64,000 nt of DNA from a virus: positions 1-64,000 of the IMG/VR virus record IMGVR_UViG_3300005056_000001. The stretch is one strand, 5' to 3'. Under the pieces are notes generated by a model. The model was given only the letters and a program-made list of their open reading frames with translations, was not told where the DNA came from and did not search any database. Position 1 is the stretch's first letter; each line of letters starts with the position of its first letter. Shown one piece after another: positions 35,546 to 44,726 of the stretch. The translations under genes and the position numbers were made by a program.

Positions 35546-36013
35546 TTATAATAATTTATACCTTCTTTCGCCCTGCATTTTTTCAATAGACGAAACCGTG
35601 TCAGAGAAATATATAATACGTCCCAATTCATGGTCTTCGTGTCCAAGAACAGTTGCAAGGAAGCGTATGGCACCCTCAAAGTCTTGTCCTACGATTGTGT
35701 CATATGCAGCATCGTTTTCCAAGACGGGTGTAATTTGTTTCCATTGATCATCAAAGCCTTCACAACCCAACGTTTCAAGAAACATATGAAAACAGACCTT
35801 TTTTACATTGCTCATGGCCTCAAGATACATTCCTTGTATTTTGGTTGTGTCTCCGCTCAGGTCTTCAAACAATGAAAGCCATTTCATAAAGAAAGGATTG
35901 TCTATGGCGCACATCATTTGACGATGGTCAAAACCCTCGTCCTTTAGAAATCTGTAGAGGTTGAAATTTGGACGTATTGATATCCCGTTAATTATTGCTA
36001 TTGTGCTAGTCAT
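35546..36013 (-). CDS. Hypothetical protein
   Basis: ORF track. Confidence 0.6.
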   Translation of the reverse strand: MTSTIAIINGISIRPNFNLYRFLKDEGFDHRQMMCAIDNPFFMKWLSLFEDLSGDTTKIQGMYLEAMSNVKKVCFHMFLETLGCEGFDDQWKQITPVLENDAAYDTIVGQDFEGAIRFLATVLGHEDHELGRIIYFSDTVSSIEKMQGERRYKLL

Positions 36014-36050
36014 TTGGTTTATTTTATGAATTGTTTATGACAAAAAATGT

Positions 36051-36086
36051 ACAAAAAGGAAAACGCTTGTATATTTTCCTTTTTGT
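36051..36086 (-). terminator. Intrinsic terminator
   Basis: 13-bp stem acaaaaaggaaaa / ttttcctttttgt with a 10-nt loop. Confidence 0.65.
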
Positions 36087-36095
36087 TGAATGTGT

Positions 36096-36788
36096 TTATG
36101 GCAAATTTTCGATGTGTTCATCCTTGACAAGTGCCATATTTTCGTATCCGTATGTGTGTAAGGGATTTGAGACCCATCCGTCAACGTCCTCTTTTGGCTG
36201 AGAAAAGGTCTTGTCTGTGTATGGTGCCAAAATCCATGTTGCCATTTCTGCCATGTAGGTAAGCACAAAATAGTCGGCCTCTTCCTGAAATTCATCTTTG
36301 TAGATGTAAATTTGGTCACCTTCCTTGAAATCGTGGTCAGGATGTGGCTTCAGAGGGGCTATGTATTCTTTGTGTTCCTTGAGTGTCATTTTTCCGTCAG
36401 GAATGAAACTGTATAGAAAGTTTGGCTGTAATTTCACCTCTCCTTTCACCCATACCAACTCACCACTCTCGTTTCGTTCGAGTGTGATCTCTTGGTCGCC
36501 TGTACTTGGACTTGGTTCTCGTGACATTGGTGCCGTGTCGTAAACGGTTTCTGTCATAATGACTTCTCTGAATTCGTCCTGTGAATACACCTCAAAGTTA
36601 TTGCGATTGGTCTTAACAAGCCAATGACTTAACGGCACCGAAAACGAACCGTTCATATTCGTGATACACATCAAACCGTCAGCGTTCTCGACCTGACAAT
36701 CCTCCCCCACAAATTTTTGTACCTCATCTATATCGCCGACAATTAACATAGCATCGAGTCGATTTTTTAAATATATAAATTTACCCAT
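36096..36788 (-). CDS. Hypothetical protein (ATG at 36788)
   Basis: ORF track with internal ATG (MGKFIYLKNRLD...). Confidence 0.6.
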   Translation of the reverse strand: MGKFIYLKNRLDAMLIVGDIDEVQKFVGEDCQVENADGLMCITNMNGSFSVPLSHWLVKTNRNNFEVYSQDEFREVIMTETVYDTAPMSREPSPSTGDQEITLERNESGELVWVKGEVKLQPNFLYSFIPDGKMTLKEHKEYIAPLKPHPDHDFKEGDQIYIYKDEFQEEADYFVLTYMAEMATWILAPYTDKTFSQPKEDVDGWVSNPLHTYGYENMALVKDEHIENLP

Positions 36789-36849
36789 AATAATATTTGT
36801 TACTAATTTTGTTGTTTGTAAACTGTAAACATACAAAAAATAATCAACA

Positions 36850-36883
36850 AAAAAAGGAAAATACAAAAGTATTTTCCTTTTTT
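36850..36883 (-). terminator. Intrinsic terminator
   Basis: 14-bp stem aaaaaaggaaaata / tattttcctttttt. It has the same AAAGGAAAA core as 36051-36086. Confidence 0.65.
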
Positions 36884-36903
36884 ACTAATATGTTTGTGCT
36901 GTG

Positions 36904-37656
36904 CTATACACAGATCAATGCATTAACGAATCGTTCGGTTGATGCAATGACAAGCTCCTCAAGGCTGTCGTGCTCAATAAACGGAATCGTATACGAATAT
37001 GTCATGACTTTTTCGAAGCGTAATCGTCCTGTTTTACGGGTCTCCAATACACGAAGGTCTAACGAGCATACTTTGCTCTCAAAAAGATTTAGCATTGAGC
37101 CCGCCTCTAGTTTTTGTATATCATGTATACTGTTACAATATGCCTCGTTTGATATCGCAATAAGGTCTAGGAGCTGTTCGTGGTAGTAGTTGGATTTTTG
37201 TGTTTTAAACTTGTCTTCCTGACCGCCCCATGTCCATGTACAATCCGTCTGTGTTACATATAGCCTGTCATTGTCCAATAATAATGTGTTGCCTTGTAGG
37301 TGTATATTTTCAAACCTTCCGATGTGTGTATTGACAAACGTCTCCAAAAACAAATCAAACGACTTCTTGTTGGAATCAATGCTTTTTGGTAGACTGACAA
37401 TTGCCTGTCGTTGGGCATGAAATTTAAAAACGTTTTGGCACCCATTGTGTTTTGTGGAATATAGTTTCCACAGACCGTCCTTTATTTTCTTGACGCTATA
37501 CGATATAGTGTCGCAATAGGGCGAATGGAATAAAATAACACCGTTGTTGTATGTTATACTATAACCATCATGTGTATACTCGCCTACTGCGATATTTTCG
37601 AGTGCTGTGGAAGCAATTGCCTCCATGAATTCTGATTTTCTAAGTTTTGTGTTCAA
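36904..37656 (-). CDS. Hypothetical protein
   Basis: ORF track. Confidence 0.6.
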   Translation of the reverse strand: MNTKLRKSEFMEAIASTALENIAVGEYTHDGYSITYNNGVILFHSPYCDTISYSVKKIKDGLWKLYSTKHNGCQNVFKFHAQRQAIVSLPKSIDSNKKSFDLFLETFVNTHIGRFENIHLQGNTLLLDNDRLYVTQTDCTWTWGGQEDKFKTQKSNYYHEQLLDLIAISNEAYCNSIHDIQKLEAGSMLNLFESKVCSLDLRVLETRKTGRLRFEKVMTYSYTIPFIEHDSLEELVIASTERFVNALICV

Positions 37657-37733
37657 TTGTGATATGATTTTTTTTGTTTGTAATCAAATTGATGACACAA
37701 AAATAGGACTAAATATCAAGACCACAAAACTTT

Positions 37734-38066
37734 TTAGGCTATTATTTCAAAAAGAGGGGCGGAATTATGATTCCACCAATAGACATAAAACTCTACATCT
37801 TTAATTTTCACCTTTTTATACATATTTTCGGCAAATTTGTCTACGATTTCATCGAACAAAAACCAATCCCCGTCGTCAAATTCAAATCTTTTGCCTGCTT
37901 CGGCACAAATAGCCTCATAATTTTTCTTGGGGCTTTTGATGTTGGCAGAATTGATGATAATATTCTCACAAAACCATATGAATGCGTTAAGTACATGGGT
38001 ATCAGTAATAACGTGTTCGTTTAATATGTCTTTAAAATTGGCTCTTTTTGTTCCGTTGAATTTCAT
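37734..38066 (-). CDS. Hypothetical protein
   Basis: ORF track. Confidence 0.55.
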   Translation of the reverse strand: MKFNGTKRANFKDILNEHVITDTHVLNAFIWFCENIIINSANIKSPKKNYEAICAEAGKRFEFDDGDWFLFDEIVDKFAENMYKKVKIKDVEFYVYWWNHNSAPLFEIIA

Positions 38067-38104
38067 GTTGTGTTTTTATCAATAACGACATAAATCCAAG
38101 AAAG

Positions 38105-38698
38105 TTATCGAATTAAAATATTTGTGTTGTTACTCACCAAGTGTACATTTTCATATAACGTGCTAATCGTGAGTGTCAACGAACCATTAATAGTTTCGGA
38201 CGAGTTAGCATCAATCGTGACATCGTTGGCAACCGCATCAATTTTAATCACTTCAATACCCTGACCACCCTGACCGACTGCTGTCGATACATTGATCAAA
38301 ATAGGCCCACCCGTACAGTCACACTCTATAGACTCGTTCCATGTGGCCGAATAAGGAGAATCACCGCTATTCAGCGTAACAACAGTTTTGAGCGATTCTT
38401 TGCCTGTGATGGCGGTTTGGTTGTTGCCAATGTCGGTGACATTGGTTCCAATACTAACGCCGTTAGTTCCAATGTCCGTCGAATTGGTTTCGATATTATT
38501 TGCATTGGTTAAAATGGCTCCTGCATTTACAAGGATTGCTGCCTCGTTGGCGTTTGACAATGTGGCAACATCCTCCACAAAAGTTTTTATATTAGACCAA
38601 TTCGTGTCCAATGTTGCAGACGGCATTCTAAATGCAGGATTTAAATAGTCACCAATGTCGATTCTAAGGGTTACTGTTAGTGTTGTTGAAACTGCCAT
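38105..38698 (-). CDS. Tail fibre-like protein
   Basis: Short fibre repeats: NANNIETNSTDIGTNGVSIGTNVTDIGNNQTAITGKE. Confidence 0.6.
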   Translation of the reverse strand: MAVSTTLTVTLRIDIGDYLNPAFRMPSATLDTNWSNIKTFVEDVATLSNANEAAILVNAGAILTNANNIETNSTDIGTNGVSIGTNVTDIGNNQTAITGKESLKTVVTLNSGDSPYSATWNESIECDCTGGPILINVSTAVGQGGQGIEVIKIDAVANDVTIDANSSETINGSLTLTISTLYENVHLVSNNTNILIR

Positions 38699-38715
38699 GT
38701 TATGTTTATTTTGGG

Positions 38716-39819
38716 TTAGTCTGTGTAATTTTCGTCACTGTAATAGGTGTCCATATATGTACTTTCTTCTATTGGTGCACCCGTAATGTCTTTGTATGTG
38801 ATTGTAATGTCCATGTCTTTTGGGAATCCTTTTATTGTTCTATAGATTGCCAACGAATACACCTCGGTGTCTCCTGCCGACTCAAGGTCTTCCAATATCG
38901 TATACAATGTTCCGATCGGATTGTCCACTACTATGTCGTTTGTATTGACACCCTCGATCTGTTGGTGCATAATACTAGACATGAAGTGTAGGGCGTTTAT
39001 GTCTGTTCCTTCCAATGCCATATGGATTTCTTTTTGTGTCGGAACAGCAACAATAATTGTTGTTGGGACATCTTTTGGTATTGTATAGATTATCTCGCTT
39101 GGTAAAGGCACAACTACTTTTGTGAGTGCTTTTATTTCGCTTGGTGTGGTATATTCGGGTTCGCCACTTGTGGGCCCGAAATATGTATAGTAGGGCCAAA
39201 CACCGATTAAATCTATTTGTGCCGTATAAACGTCATCAAAAAATATCCCTGTCGGGTTCGGTGTTCCTGTGTTATCATTTTCTGTTGCGGCTCCCAAAAT
39301 GTCAACATTGACACTAAAATTATTTGTACCCTCCACAATTTGTTCGGTAAATATTAATGTCGATGGATTAATATTTACCGTTGTTGATGGTGTGTTGAAT
39401 TGAAACGGAAGAGCACCATCAAGACCCGTGGCATCGTTTAGTGTTACACTTGCCGATAATTGGTAGTTTGTTAATGTCAGACCTACCTCAAAGTGGTTAT
39501 CAACAATAGGCACCAATAAAGCATCATTTACCGTCAAGGCAACCGTTGGTAGTGTATACACAGGAGGAATTACACCAAAGAATATATTTGTCAATATCTC
39601 TAGTGCTGTTTGTGTGTCGATATCTGTTCCTACAGGAATGTTTCCTGCAAAATAATCGGTAACACGTGTTGTCGAAATTTGATTGGCCGCATTACTATCA
39701 ACATAATCCTTATTGGCAATATCGTCCCCTGCAACAGGAACACTAGGTACTTTTGCATTCTTGATTTTATTACCCCTAAAATCGTGGTTGTTTGAAATTG
39801 GAATATCCTTTTCGGCCAT
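38716..39819 (-). CDS. Tail fibre / baseplate-associated fibre protein
   Basis: The N-terminus ...NKIKNAKVPSVPVAGDDIANKDYVDSNAANQ matches the widespread fibre N-terminal motif (P....DaaNK.YVD). Confidence 0.65.
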   Translation of the reverse strand: MAEKDIPISNNHDFRGNKIKNAKVPSVPVAGDDIANKDYVDSNAANQISTTRVTDYFAGNIPVGTDIDTQTALEILTNIFFGVIPPVYTLPTVALTVNDALLVPIVDNHFEVGLTLTNYQLSASVTLNDATGLDGALPFQFNTPSTTVNINPSTLIFTEQIVEGTNNFSVNVDILGAATENDNTGTPNPTGIFFDDVYTAQIDLIGVWPYYTYFGPTSGEPEYTTPSEIKALTKVVVPLPSEIIYTIPKDVPTTIIVAVPTQKEIHMALEGTDINALHFMSSIMHQQIEGVNTNDIVVDNPIGTLYTILEDLESAGDTEVYSLAIYRTIKGFPKDMDITITYKDITGAPIEESTYMDTYYSDENYTD

Positions 39820-39834
39820 TGTTACGTATGTTTA

Positions 39835-40374
39835 CTATTTTAATCTAATTTCGCCTGTTTCATTTTGTCCAAAATTGACGGTTACGGTTACGGCATCAGT
39901 GATCTCAACATGGGCACTTGTTGTGGTTAACGTGCCTGCAATGTCAATCAAAACCTCAACAGATGTCAGGTTTAGTGTGTGGGCAACCACCACCACATCG
40001 ACACCCGTAAATGGTTGTGTTAAAAATTCTTGTACTGTTTGTATAATCGCATATTTCTCGGGGTTTGTCAGGGGACTTTCGCCCACCAAGGCATCTACCG
40101 TGGTAATATAGAATGTTGTTCCGATACGTATGGCATTTCCAATAAAATACTGATTTAGTGGGTTGTACTCAAGAAAGTTTCCGATATCAATTTGTAGATC
40201 GCTCCAATGGATAGCGTTATCACCGACCTGTCCTGACTGTAGTCGGTATAGTTTGTCGGTGTCTGTCACCCATGCCAATTGGTCATTTAGCGGGAGAACA
40301 GCCCCACTGATCACATCCCCAACTATTTGGGCTATATTATCGGTGTATTGTAATATTTCTATGTTGCTTGCCAT
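39835..40374 (-). CDS. Hypothetical virion/tail-associated protein
   Basis: ORF track. It is the first gene of the fibre operon. Confidence 0.55.
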   Translation of the reverse strand: MASNIEILQYTDNIAQIVGDVISGAVLPLNDQLAWVTDTDKLYRLQSGQVGDNAIHWSDLQIDIGNFLEYNPLNQYFIGNAIRIGTTFYITTVDALVGESPLTNPEKYAIIQTVQEFLTQPFTGVDVVVVAHTLNLTSVEVLIDIAGTLTTTSAHVEITDAVTVTVNFGQNETGEIRLK

Positions 40375-40410
40375 TTGTACAGAGTTGATTCAATTTGCGT
40401 TATATAATGT

Positions 40411-40818
40411 ATGTACAATTTCGATAAAGACCCGACAATAGCAGCCACCACCAAAGAAACTATGTGGCACCAAGGATACAACATCACGGATGATGTATTT
40501 AGGAGCACCCTACTGACTCACATAAACATGGCACACCACCAACAATATGAAAAAAAGTTGGCATTTGATTCGACAGGATTCAAGAGTCGGTGTGTTGTTT
40601 GTAAGGAGGACATGACTTTTAGGCCCGTATACAAAACTATTAGGGCTAGTATCTCAAGAATGGTCTGTGAAGGCTGTAAGGATGAACACCACCAAAAAAT
40701 GAAGGACGACGACTATGTTCAAAAAATGGTTGTTGTGTTGACAAACAGGAGCCTTGCAATGAGTAAAATTATTACTGCTAAAATATTCAATTTTTCATCC
40801 AATAAAGATTCAAAATGA
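40411..40818 (+). CDS. Hypothetical Cys4 zinc-ribbon protein
   Basis: CVVC...CEGC. Its stop overlaps the next start as ATGA. Confidence 0.5.
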   Translation: MYNFDKDPTIAATTKETMWHQGYNITDDVFRSTLLTHINMAHHQQYEKKLAFDSTGFKSRCVVCKEDMTFRPVYKTIRASISRMVCEGCKDEHHQKMKDDDYVQKMVVVLTNRSLAMSKIITAKIFNFSSNKDSK

Positions 40819-41444
40819 CATTAAAACCATTCAAGGGGAACCCGATAACAAGCACTCCACAAATAACACTAGGCATTGACCAATCCCTGACAAGCACAGG
40901 GATTTGTTTGCAGATATGTGGCACCAATTATATTGGGGTTATCCAACAAGACTATATGCGAATCGACGATATGTTCACAGGAATAGTACAGAAAGACACA
41001 GAAAAGGAGTCTCATGTGACGCTATTCAAGCATGAGCGTATCGAAAAACAAATTTTCGAAAGCGACACCTATATAAACCAAGTATTGATAGAAAACGGCC
41101 TAGACAAGTCCGACATCAAGGAAATTCGCATGGAGTCTTTGGCGATGAGTATGGTTTCACAGGGTTCTATTATTGATCTTGCCTTTGTTATCGACTCCTA
41201 TATAAACTACTTCAGGCGTGAATATCCGTCTGTAAGGCTACGCCTAGTGTCTGCAAAAACAGTCAAAAAGGATTATATTGGTTCCCAAAAGAAAAAGAAG
41301 AAAGGCGATCCTAAAATACATCCCAAAGAAAAGATGCTAGAAAAGTTCAACAAGGAATTTGGCACTAAAATGGCCACAAGAACCACAAAAAACCCTGACG
41401 AGGACGGTGTTGATTGTTATGTTTTGGCAAATAAGATCGTTTAA
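40815..41444 (+). CDS. RuvC-like Holliday junction resolvase
   Basis: ITLGIDQSLTSTGICL corresponds to the RuvC GIDPG..tG motif. IRMESLAM supplies the catalytic Glu block. The C-terminal DEDGVDCYVLAN corresponds to D.aDA. Confidence 0.6.
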   Translation: MTLKPFKGNPITSTPQITLGIDQSLTSTGICLQICGTNYIGVIQQDYMRIDDMFTGIVQKDTEKESHVTLFKHERIEKQIFESDTYINQVLIENGLDKSDIKEIRMESLAMSMVSQGSIIDLAFVIDSYINYFRREYPSVRLRLVSAKTVKKDYIGSQKKKKKGDPKIHPKEKMLEKFNKEFGTKMATRTTKNPDEDGVDCYVLANKIV

Positions 41445-41558
41445 TTTCGATTTATTTTTCGGAGTCTCGGACAGACATTGGTTTTTTGGCGTTTTAATAT
41501 TAGCGGGTCAATTACAGGGCTCCATTCATAACATTCATAACATTAAAATATTCTTAAG

Positions 41559-42626
41559 ATGAATTTTTTCAAAAAAGGAAGAAAGGTTGCAAGTGCAGAT
41601 GATTACAAGAAAAGAGAAGAAGAAGCCGCAAAGAGCGACTTTGATGGTGTCTCTTGGAAAGACTCTGCCATCGAATTAAATTTTGGTGAAGAAATTGGAC
41701 TGCGTATCATTGGTGCCGCATTCGAGGGCGAAGATTTTGACGAAGAATTGTGTAATTACCACCACTTTGTTGAACACAAATCTTGCTATGCAGTAGGAGG
41801 ATTTGTTGATGGTCACAATCCTAGATACTATTCCACAAAAACCAATATTAAGACATCAGGAACAGAACCGCCTGCAAGAGCCTTCAAAAAGGTATGGGAC
41901 AAATGGGGCAAGGACTCTGTTCAATTGACACAATTCCAAGAAGTATTGGCACTCAGAGCACACCGAATGTATTGGGTTCAGGTTGTCGAATCAAAATTGG
42001 AAAAGTATCCTGTTGGGAGCATTTTCCGTTTTGCCTGTCCTAGAGACAAGGAAAAGAAATATTGGATGAGTCAATTATTGGACGGTGCAGCAAACCAAAA
42101 GCTAAACTCTTACGACCCATACGAAACCTATGCTGTCCACCCTCTTACAATCGCATGTACTAAAGGTGACCATGGTCGTGACTTTTCTACCTCAAAAATT
42201 GAATACCAATTACCTATGCTAGGTTATTTAGTTTCAAAAGAAATTGTAGAAAAAGTTGGCGGTAAATTTGTGCCATATGTTGATTACAACAAAACCACGT
42301 TCGAGGAATACCACAACGTCGTTCTGACGGACAAGTTAGACGACAAGGCATGGGAATGGTTGGCAATGCAAGAATTCATGAAACAACTATATGCAAACGA
42401 GGCAATAACGCTTGTTCCAAAGAACGGCGAAGAGCTCGAAACGTATGTTGTTGATTTATGCGAAACAATCAAAGACCTTTCGTTTTTCAAGGTTGACGAG
42501 GGTGAGGATATCGGAGATGATTCTGCAAGTGCCTACTTGGATGAAGACAAGAAGACGGATGCAACAACAACAGCCGCCACAACAACAACAGACGATGATG
42601 ACACAGGAGATGATTTGCCTTTCTAA
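41559..42626 (+). CDS. ssDNA-binding protein (gp32-like) with acidic C-terminal tail ending DDLPF
   Basis: C-terminal TTTDDDDTGDDLPF. A Cys/His cluster CNYHHFVEHKSC is present. It sits next to the resolvase. Confidence 0.55.
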   Translation: MNFFKKGRKVASADDYKKREEEAAKSDFDGVSWKDSAIELNFGEEIGLRIIGAAFEGEDFDEELCNYHHFVEHKSCYAVGGFVDGHNPRYYSTKTNIKTSGTEPPARAFKKVWDKWGKDSVQLTQFQEVLALRAHRMYWVQVVESKLEKYPVGSIFRFACPRDKEKKYWMSQLLDGAANQKLNSYDPYETYAVHPLTIACTKGDHGRDFSTSKIEYQLPMLGYLVSKEIVEKVGGKFVPYVDYNKTTFEEYHNVVLTDKLDDKAWEWLAMQEFMKQLYANEAITLVPKNGEELETYVVDLCETIKDLSFFKVDEGEDIGDDSASAYLDEDKKTDATTTAATTTTDDDDTGDDLPF

Positions 42627-42649
42627 CCAACAAGTTTTATCACACAAAA

Positions 42650-42681
42650 AAAAAGATTGCAAATTAATTTGCAATCTTTTT
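42650..42681 (+). terminator. Perfect 32-bp palindromic terminator
   Basis: aaaaagattgcaaatt | aatttgcaatcttttt. It is followed by a TATTTTTG box at 42703-42710 (plus strand) ahead of the sigma-like genes. Confidence 0.65.
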
Positions 42682-42758
42682 TGTTTTTACGCAAATTAGT
42701 GCTATTTTTGTAGAACACTACAGAAAGGATCTGTAACATACCCAAAAATAAGAACCGT

Positions 42759-43625
42759 ATGAACAATTCTGTTAAAAATAGCAATGGTACTATCCCACTA
42801 AAGGAACAAATAGCTTCCATAAGAAAAGTACTTACACAAGAAAATGTAAGACAGTCATTGGCGTTGGGCAAGCGACACGAAAACAAAGACCTGACCTCTG
42901 ATTTGTATACCTATGCCACATTCAGACTAGACAAATGGAAACCGACGGTCATCGACGGGAACCTAGAAGATACAGAGGTTATCATTAAGTTTTGGACAAA
43001 ACTCTTGTCTGATGGCGTAAAAAAAATACTAAGGCTCCAAACCTACCTGCCAACACTCCAAAAAATTGCGCTTGAAAACTCTCAACGTGCGGCCAAGACA
43101 TATATCATAAGATATAGAGTGCGTGACCTGACCTCTGATTTGTACCTATTGGCAATGAGCAGGCTCGGACGTAATTGGTTCCCGCCACCAACAGATTTGG
43201 AGGGTATCTCAAAGGCTTGGGGTGCATACCTAATATCATCATTCAGACATGTTATCGACACCGAACTCAAGGACGATGTCATAAAAAAATGTTCCAAGAA
43301 CGGAGAAACGTTTACTCTCATAAAACAATTCGAGGACGGATTTCCTGATTGGTTCGAGGGTTCAAGTCAAAAAAGAAATACCAAGGGGTTTAACGACATT
43401 TTGGATATCCTCAAAAAAGAGCTGACCACCATAGAATATGGTGTGTTACTAATGAGGAGCAAGATATTCCTGAAGCAAATGACTTTTGACAGCATTGCCG
43501 AATGGTTCAACAACAACCCTGCATTTTGGCATCTTGACATGACAAAGAGTAAGGTACACTCTTGCTTTAAAAAGGCCCAAATAAAGGCCCAAAAAGTACT
43601 AACAGAAGAAGGTTGCACACTTTAA
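42759..43625 (+). CDS. Sigma-70-family (ECF-like) factor, paralogue 1
   Basis: The region-2-like segment is DLTSDLYLLAMSRLGRNWF...AWGAYLISSFRHVIDTELK. The region-4-like segment is LTTIEYGVLLMRSKIFLKQMTFDSIAEWF...KVHSCFKKAQIKAQKVL. An extra N-terminal DLTSDLY copy has 20 bp identical at 42891 and 43133. Confidence 0.55.
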   Translation: MNNSVKNSNGTIPLKEQIASIRKVLTQENVRQSLALGKRHENKDLTSDLYTYATFRLDKWKPTVIDGNLEDTEVIIKFWTKLLSDGVKKILRLQTYLPTLQKIALENSQRAAKTYIIRYRVRDLTSDLYLLAMSRLGRNWFPPPTDLEGISKAWGAYLISSFRHVIDTELKDDVIKKCSKNGETFTLIKQFEDGFPDWFEGSSQKRNTKGFNDILDILKKELTTIEYGVLLMRSKIFLKQMTFDSIAEWFNNNPAFWHLDMTKSKVHSCFKKAQIKAQKVLTEEGCTL

Positions 43626-43634
43626 ACTAAGACA

Positions 43635-44429
43635 ATGGTTATAGAACAAATAGACATGTCCGAGGTAAAGGACATGTTAAATTCTCGGGTCATCAAGCAC
43701 ACGACAGCCCTGACTAAATCCTGTGGTGACATGTTTGGCACAAAGTTATATGAGATAGCCAACAACGAGGCACAAGAATGGATAGAACAGCACAAAAATT
43801 TATCACCAAGCGATTTGTATGTGTTGTGGGAAAAAAGACTTTCGTGTCATTCTGACAAAATTTCTAGCGTACACAAAGTATTTCCTGTTCTAAAAGAAAT
43901 AGCGATCGAGATGTGTACCTATTATGGCAACCACTATAATATAAATTATAATTATGGCGACCTAACAAGCGAATTATACATCTTGGCAATGAGCAGACTT
44001 GCCCGAAAATGGTTTCTGCCACAGGACAACATCGAGGGTATAAAGAAGGCATGGCGGGCCTACCTAAGAGATTCGTTTCGTTCGGTTCTCAAAACGGAGA
44101 GTAAAAGTGGTGTTATACCCACACACATGAGAAATGGCGAGTACTTTAGTCCAATGAAGGATTTTTCGGACGGGCTGCCTGATTGGATTTCTTTCGAGAA
44201 CCCTTCATCGGATAACGGGTACATTAACGATATGTTACAATTATTCAAGAATGTGCTGAGTCCCAATGAGTACACAATTTTAATAATGAGAACAGGAATA
44301 TATTTCCCGATAATGAAATACCAACACATTAGCGATTGTTTGTCGGAAATCGACAACAAGGAGTACACAAAAGGATACATCCATTATGTTTATAAAACAG
44401 CCTGTAAAAAATGTGTTAAATATTTATAA
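43635..44429 (+). CDS. Sigma-70-family (ECF-like) factor, paralogue 2
   Basis: DLTSELYILAMSRLARKWF...AWRAYLRDSFRSVLKTESK and LSPNEYTILIMRTGIYFPIMKYQHISDCL...YIHYVYKTACKKC. Confidence 0.55.
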   Translation: MVIEQIDMSEVKDMLNSRVIKHTTALTKSCGDMFGTKLYEIANNEAQEWIEQHKNLSPSDLYVLWEKRLSCHSDKISSVHKVFPVLKEIAIEMCTYYGNHYNINYNYGDLTSELYILAMSRLARKWFLPQDNIEGIKKAWRAYLRDSFRSVLKTESKSGVIPTHMRNGEYFSPMKDFSDGLPDWISFENPSSDNGYINDMLQLFKNVLSPNEYTILIMRTGIYFPIMKYQHISDCLSEIDNKEYTKGYIHYVYKTACKKCVKYL

Positions 44430-44430
44430 T

Positions 44431-44718
44431 CTACACATCCATGAACATTTTTTCATAGTCGCCCTCGGATATCATATTGTTTTTTAACTTCCCCAAACTT
44501 CTGTAGGCGTTGTCCAATCTTTTTTTGGAGAACAAAAGCTTCTTTCTGACACGGTCGATAGATTTGCATTGGAGCCTTGTTATTTTTGTTAGGTCGCCAT
44601 CCAAACCCTCAAACATATCAAGCGTTTCTGTTGCAAGTAATCTGATTTCTTCGCATAAGAATTCTGCATCACGATAGGCATCGTTTTGTTCCTGTGGTGT
44701 AAGATTCTTTTTTGCCAT
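44431..44718 (-). CDS. Hypothetical protein
   Basis: ORF track. It is convergent with the sigma-like gene with a 1-bp gap. Confidence 0.5.
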   Translation of the reverse strand: MAKKNLTPQEQNDAYRDAEFLCEEIRLLATETLDMFEGLDGDLTKITRLQCKSIDRVRKKLLFSKKRLDNAYRSLGKLKNNMISEGDYEKMFMDV

Positions 44719-44726
44719 ACATCTCT

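Noticed and set aside
36035-36319. Minus-strand 94-aa ORF overlapping 36096-36866
   Set aside because: It is out of frame and nested in the 3' end of a longer gene, and it spans the terminator hairpin at 36051-36086.
38105-40374. Diversity-generating retroelement acting on the fibre genes
   Set aside because: No reverse transcriptase ORF was noticed, and no template/variable repeat pair near either fibre locus.
42412-42699. ORF with a poly-Gln run
   Set aside because: It is an alternative frame of the acidic/Thr-rich SSB tail and the palindromic terminator, and is not independent coding.
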